From Chiloscyllium plagiosum (lineage: Eukaryota), in contig NC_057758.1 in assembly GCF_004010195.1 (NCBI RefSeq), positions 7,085,753-7,143,783 of the forward strand: 58,031 bases of DNA, written 5' to 3'. The notes beneath the pieces are model-generated. The model ran no database searches. It saw only the letters and a list, made by a program, of their open reading frames with translations, and was not told where the DNA came from. Of this stretch, positions 51,730-58,031 are shown one piece after another (positions within the stretch are counted from its first letter, which is position 1; every line of letters begins with the position of its first letter). Both the position numbers and the translations under genes were made by a program.

Positions 51730-52040
51730 TTAGAACATTTGAACATAGAAACGTACAGCACAGAACGAGCCGTTTGGCCCATATTGTTTATGCCGAGGAT
51801 AAATCCAAACGTAAAATAAAACAACCTGTACATGCCTCAATTCACTGCTCTCCGTGTGCACGTCCAGCAGTTACTTAAATGTCCCTAATGACTCACCACC
51901 ACCGCTGGCAACGAATTCCATGCGCTCACCTCTCTCTGCACAAATAACCTACCTTCGATGCTCCGTCTATACCTTTCTGCGAATATCTTAAACGTATGAC
52001 CCCTCCTGTCAGTCAATCCAGCCCTGACGAAGAGTCCAGA
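51730..52040 (-). mobile_element. CR1 3' end fragment
   Basis: RGHTFKIFAERYRRSIEGRLFVQREVSAWNSLP; gaacatagaa-type tail. Confidence 0.85.
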
Positions 52041-52799
52041 AACAAAACAAAGCCCAAAATTGAGAAAGCTGTTGACATTATTGAGAGGTGAATAGTTTCT
52101 CTTCCGAATGGGGATTCGGAACAATAACAAATAATCTAGAAAGCAAACGTGCCCCTTGAATGTAACAATACATGTGAATGACATCACCAAGAAAGGTGTT
52201 CACAGGCATCTGGGACAACACAGACACTGGGACATTTGCGGACCAGAAAGCTCTAGAAATCCCAGGTTTAAAAATGAGAGGAATCGGTGTAAATTCCAGT
52301 GGGCTATGGCATACGTTTGGGTTGATCCCTTTAGAAAGTGAATGACCCTTCAGGACATCACAACATAAACGTGTTGGGCAGGCAAAGTAAAATTGAATTC
52401 AAAACATCACAGTGATATTCGGATTGTGATCCATAAGGATGCCTTGTTTCGCTTCTCATTTGCACAATAAAGTTTAGTTTTGCTTCACAAAGGGACATGT
52501 GGTGCCATACAATTACTTGCTGAATGTTTCAAATGAATAGCAAGGCTTTGGAGGGATATGGGCCAAGTGTTGGCAGGTGCGACTAGATTGGGTTGGGTTA
52601 TCTGGTCGGCATGGACGGGATGGACCGAAGTGTCTGTTCCCATGCTGTAAAGTCTATGACTGTATGTTGATTGCCCCGACAAAGCTTGCAGGTTGTTAAT
52701 TCCCTGGGGACAAAGGAGACCAGTGTCAGTCAGTGAGAATCTCCATATACAGTGAGGCAGCAGAAGCTGGTCAGGTTCAGAAAAGTGATGACCGGATAA

Positions 52800-52885
52800 A
52801 CCACCTGATGAAAGAACAGCGCTCCGAAAGTTACTGCATCCAAATAAACCGTTTGGACTATAACCTGGTGTTGTGTGATTGTATA
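52800..52885 (+). mobile_element. Degenerate PLE terminal repeat with hammerhead-like core
   Basis: cacCTGATGAaagaacagcgctccGAAAgttactg...aataaaccgtttggactataacctggtgttgtg. Confidence 0.6.
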
Positions 52886-53379
52886 CTTTGACCATATGAA
52901 GCACATATTCAAATTGCAAAGCCCACACTGTGATAAATCTGTTTTCAGTTGACACAGGGAGTGTGTCAGAAGAAAGATTTTTAAAAATGTTTGAATGGGA
53001 GTGTCACTGGCAAGGCCAGCAGTAGGTGTCCATCCCTCGCTGTCCCTGAACAGCTGCTTCAAGTGTTGCCTACTCAGAGTCTCTGTGTCTGCCTTGCGAT
53101 CACTGGAGCCTGTCTATCCTGCAGAATAAATGTCATTTTCGACTTAATTAGTATTCTTTAAAATGGATCTGACGAATGCATGGATTGGGAGGGTGGGTGG
53201 TGTTAGCTCGTGAAAGAGAAAGCAGCAGCACAGTAGTTGAATCCAGACTGCATCTCCTGCACACCTGACACACACACTGGCCCCGATCTGAAATCCAGAC
53301 AGAGGTTGCTCACTCCCTTGTGGATGATGGACGCAGGACGTAATCGCAGCTCCTGAAGCTCACTCAAAGAGTCCTAACT

Positions 53380-55957
53380 CCTCCAGCACAGAGATTGGCC
53401 CTTTGCCCCAAACTGATACATGCAGAGCAAAATGGGCTGTCCACGCCAAATCCATTTCCCAATAATCGGTTCATATCCTTCTCATTTTTCGTATCCATGC
53501 CTAAATGTCTTTTATATCGTGTAAATGTACCCGTCTCAACCACTTCCATTGGCAGCTCATCCCATTAGCATACCATTCTCTGTGTAAAAAATGTTGACCT
53601 TCGGGTTCCCTTTTATTCTTTCCCTTAATCTTAAAATGATGCCCTCCAATCCTCGATTGCCCAACACTCAGAAAAAGATTGAGTGCATTCATCCTATGCC
53701 TCTCATGATCTTATATATATATCTATACGTCCCCTCTCAGTCTCCTAGACTGAGGATGAGAAAGGACTATCTTGTTCAATCGCTCCCTATAACATAGACC
53801 AATGAGGAAAGGCAGCTTCCTTGTACATTGCGCCTGCAATCTTTCCAGTTTATTAACATCTGTCCGATAACAAGGTCACCAGAACTGAACACAATCCTTC
53901 AAATACAGCCTCATCCTGTATAACTGCAACATAACTTCCTAACTTCAATACTGAATGGTCTGACTGATGAAGGCCATTTTGCCAAAAACCTGCTTCACTG
54001 ACCTGTCTATCTGTGATTCTACTTTAAGTGAACTGTGAAACTGAACTCCAAGGTTACTCTGTTCCACTACACTCCTTAATGCCCTACCATTAACCATGAA
54101 ATTCCTACCTTGATTAGACTTTCCAAAATGCAACACCTCACATCTACATATATTAAAATCCATTTGCCATTTTTTGGCGCAGTTCCCCAGCTGTTCTAGG
54201 TCCTGCTGAAATTTCTGTGAACCTTCCTCACTGTTCATGATACGGGCTATATCAGCATTATCAGCAAACATACTAATCATGCCTTGTACATTCTCAACTA
54301 AATCATTGATATAGAAAACGCACAGTATCTGGTCAAGCTCCAACCCCTTCGGCACTCCACGGGTCACAGTTCTCCAGACCGATAAGCATGCTTCCCACCA
54401 TCAATCGAATTGTACGTCTAATTTCCTAGCTCAGCCTGGATTCCATGCAATCCGACCTTCCAAAACAGCCCACCATTTGGAACCTTATCAAAGGCCTTAC
54501 TCAATTCCATATTGACTATGTTTACAACTCTGCCCTTGTCAACACTTAACAAAGTTGTGTGGCCTCATTTCCCACTCAGAAAGCCATGCCGTATTATTTT
54601 ACTCAAACCCTGTCTTTACAAATGCATGCATATTTTATCCCTCAGAACCTTCTCAAGTAACTGACCGACCACAGACGTTAAGCTTACAAGCTTTTCTTTG
54701 CAGCCCTTCTTGAATATGGGAGCAACATTCGCTACCCTCCAGTCTTCTGCCTGTGGCTAAAGATGATGCGAAACTGTCAGCCAGAGTCCCCTCAATTTCT
54801 TCTCTGGACTCTTGCAGTATTCCTGGATATAGCTGGTCAGGACCAGTATATTTATACACCTTCATACATTCTAATACATCCAACACCACCTCGACTGTGT
54901 TATGGACTGTCCCCGAAATATCACCACGAACTTCCCCACTTTCCCAAGATTTAATGCCTTTCTCCACCGTCAACACAGAGGAGAAATATTCTTGAGAATA
55001 TCGCTCCCTCTGCTGTAGTTCTGCACGTACTTATCCACTTTGGTCCTTGAGGAGCCATATTGTCTCTCTAGTTATTATTTTTCCTTTAATATAATTAAAG
55101 CACCTCTTTGGATCACCCTAATATTCTCAGTCAAGTCTATCTCTTGCTCCCTTTTCACTCTGCTGATTTCCTTCTAAAGTAAACTCCTGTATTCCCTGTA
55201 TCCCTCCAGGGATTCATTTGATTCCAGCTGTCTCTCCCTGAGCCACACCTTCTTTTTTTCTGCACGAAGTCTCGGCATATCTTGTTATCCAAGGCTTCTT
55301 ATTCCAGCCATCCGCGCCCTGAATCCACAAAGGAAAAAATAGAGCTTGAATTCCAATTATCACAATTTTAAAGGCCTCCAACTTGCCAAATTTCCTTTAA
55401 CAAGCAAACAACCTATTCAAATCAATCCGGCAAGCTCCTGTCTAATTCCATGTCCCAATTTGTCCCTCTCAATAACTATCTTAAAATTAATAGACGTATG
55501 GTTACTGGTCCCAAAGTGCTCCCCCACTGTCACCTCAGTCACCTGCCCTGCCGAATATCCCAAGAGTAAATTGAGTTTTGCCCCTTTTGGAGAAGGATCC
55601 TCGATACTGCGAGAGGAAACCTTCCTGAACGTACTTAACAAATTCCAATCTATCTAAGCCCTTCATTCTCTGGCAATCACCGTCTATTTTGGGAAAATTA
55701 AAATCCCCTTCAATGACAACTGCTCCTGCAAGTCTCCCCAGTCGCCCTGCATACTTGTTCTTTTAATTGACTGTTTGGGGGGCTTATATTATAACGTCAC
55801 TGTCCTCTACTTAGTGCTTAGCTCGATCCACAAAGCCTCAGTGGATGATCATTCAGTTATTCCACCTTGACTATTGCTTGAATACTCGCCCTCAACAAAA
55901 ATGCAAACCGCTCCCCTCCTTCCAACACCTCTGCCCCGACACAGCACATATCCCCTT
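53380..55957 (-). mobile_element. Decayed CR1 ORF2, interrupted at its 5' part by the ERV LTR
   Basis: GEHFGTSNHTSINFKIV; GPDQLYPGILQE; GVPKGLELDQILCVFYINDL...SMFADNA; CEVLHFGKSN. Confidence 0.9.
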
Positions 55958-56588
55958 TGTGAGAAACAAAGCACACAACATTATAAATTTCAGTCCCATA
56001 TTTCCTATTATAAATTTCAGTCCCAGTCAAATTCTGAAGCAGTGAATTATATTGAAGCGTTCTTGAAAGGAAGGTTGCGAACAAGTCGGCACCCTGATAC
56101 AGGAATTATTCCACAATTTATGCAGTTTAATTCTCGGTACTTTCCCGTTTACCTCATTGGCCTTTAAACCTATCAATATTCCTTCGTGCGTTTTGCTCCT
56201 GCCTACCTGTGCGCCAACCTGTTTACTTCTCCTCCTACTCCAGGCTGGGCGACCCTCACCTCTATTTATCCCATCCCTTATTTGTAAGTGACGTGGCCAG
56301 CTTCAGTGCTGATATGAGGGAAATGTGCTGAGCTTGGCATATCCTGATGTTCTTTTGCACCTTACCTGCTCGGCTGTAACATCTTCCATTGTTTGCAGGC
56401 ACATTTAATTCCTGTATGCACATTTTAGCGAATGAAAAGTAACTATATAATCCTTCCACATAGTTTTAATTCCTGTGTTAGTTTATTTTATTTAATTAAC
56501 AATTATTAACTTAGCTGAAACAATTATATACTGATGTTAATAAGCAATTATAGTTGCATAAGTGAGACTGGTTTAACTATATCGCACA
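55958..56588 (-). mobile_element. ERV 3' LTR (631 bp)
   Basis: Starts TGTGCGA right after the PPT and ends TCTCACA (TG...CA, 6/7 inverted termini); internal CCAAT; CR1 sequence resumes immediately beyond. Confidence 0.8.
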
Positions 56589-56589
56589 A

Positions 56590-56603
56590 TTTCCCCCTTT
56601 TTT
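56590..56603 (-). other. Retroviral polypurine tract
   Basis: AAAAAAGGGGGAAA, one base before the LTR TG. Confidence 0.8.
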
Positions 56604-58031
56604 ATCTTTATTATATTTTTTTTTTTCTTTTTTGTCACTTCCCAATTGACCAGCATCTTTGCCGAAATTTCATTTGTTTTGGAAATCTCCCCGAGGTCAC
56701 TTATTCCCTCATTGTTTAACAGGTGGAGCCCTTCTCCCGTATTACTCTTCAGTGGCATTTGTGTGGCCAAAGCTGTTTAAATCAAGCTTTGGATTAACCC
56801 CCATGCGCAAAGCATGATACAGCATCCTATTGCGATTAATACTCCCACCACTACGAGCAAGGAGGTTAGGAATGAAGCCACCACACTCCTTCACTTTCCA
56901 AACCACAAGTCTAGCCACCCGGTGAATGATATGCTGACTCCTGAATTTTCAGCTAGTTCTTCAGCTAATGTTGTTAGACCTTGCAAGGTTCGAGTAATAG
57001 ACCCACCTGGGGCTGTGTTAGTTGGAATTAAGGTACAACAGCTCCCTCCTAACATAACACACACACACCCTTTTTCTGCTAGTATCATATCTTGATCCAT
57101 TCTATTCTCCGATGCCCTTCTTCTGATTGCATCAAGTAGTTCGGCTATACATTTAATTGCGTCTCTAGTGCAAGTGATGAACTTTTGCTGATTATAGAAA
57201 ATATAATTTATCCAGTCCACATTTTTGTTGTCTGTTACCCATCAGAAGAGTACTGATTCAAACGCTCCCGTGATCTGGTTACAAACGTTGGAATCATCAG
57301 GTCCCTCTCTTGGGACACACAAACGAAGTACCCAATAGTAATCTCTTACATACTCCCGCTTCCTTTATTATCTCTTTCTTTTTAAATGGAGGGTGAACGG
57401 TATTACCAATTGTGCAATTGCACACGTGCCCATCCAATCAGGAGGTGGGGTGCGTCTCAATATTTTCCCTCCGCAGTACTACCACAGATCCACTCAGGGA
57501 ATCCTTCATACAGAGTAGTTTCCTCCCTTTTCTCTCACGTACTCAATTTCGGGACAGATTACAGTTCCCCAAATATCTGGACCGAATTATGCCTGTTTAC
57601 ACACGATGTGTGATTTCCGACCACGTCAGAAACATGGTGTTGGGGCGGGGAGTGGGGGGATCTTCAAGCCTCCCTTCTTAAAAGGAGGGAACTTTAATAG
57701 AAGGAGTATACAATCTTTATTACTCCTTGTCATCTTATCCTAATACAGGGATATCGTGCATGTCATACCCCTCCTGTCTCGCTTCCACCCGAGCAGAAAG
57801 GGGACGACTTGGGCCATTGGTCTCACAGAGGCACATGCCTCAGGTCTCCCAGAGGCAAAATTGTTTTAATTCATACTTTTCACAGTGTAACTTACCCATT
57901 CATCACAGGCGTTTGCATCCCCAGTTGTTTCTACTTCAATGGTCTGCTTTAAGTCCTTTACCTTTGCAATGTTTATCACCTTCGGGTCAGAGTAAGGGTC
58001 TCTACTATTCCTTTCTCCTGCTCGGGTTCTG
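56604..58031 (-). pseudogene. env: Endogenous retrovirus env pseudogene (gamma-type envelope, fish class I ERV-like), 5' end beyond window
   Basis: TM: NVDWINYIFYNQQKF, ISD-like ENRMDQDMILAEKGCVC, CX6CC (CVMLGGSCC), membrane anchor SFLTSLLVVVGVLIAIGCC. SU: LKQTIEVET...EWVSYTVKS, YCGGKILR...W.GTCAI. Multiple stops and frameshifts. Confidence 0.93.

Noticed and set aside
53215..53365. Minus-strand peptide IIHKGVSNLCLDFRSG resembling a ricin-B lectin repeat
   Set aside because: Single short motif with no QxW motif and no clear splice sites; unsupported without a search.

Overview
Repeat-rich vertebrate genomic DNA, almost certainly from a cartilaginous fish (shark/ray): HE1-type tRNA-derived SINEs, CR1/HER1-type LINEs, several Penelope-like element (PLE) families and GPR139-like GPCR sequence. 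The draft assembly has 9 N-gaps. I found no intact protein-coding gene. Recognisable gene relics are a two-exon GPR139/GPR142-like GPCR pseudogene (minus, 7840-10967), two copies of a C2H2 zinc-finger pseudogene with a CCAAT/ETS promoter and first exon, a tRNA-Ser(GCT)-derived pseudogene whose anticodon now reads GAT, and the 3' end of a fish class I endogenous retrovirus (decayed env, polypurine tract, 631-bp LTR). Structurally, the window is dominated by a ~16-kb tandem segmental duplication (16060-31961 / 32462-48625), and the left 14 kb carries collinear inverted paralogous blocks of the same unit. The most interesting signals are multiple minimal hammerhead-ribozyme cores in PLE termini, a TSD-flanked palindromic PLE insertion whose axis coincides with a rearrangement breakpoint, and possible decayed exons of an unidentified gene. 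Nothing here is a convincing new biological system. Family names come from motif recognition by eye, not database searches, and repeat boundaries are approximate unless exact sequence is quoted.
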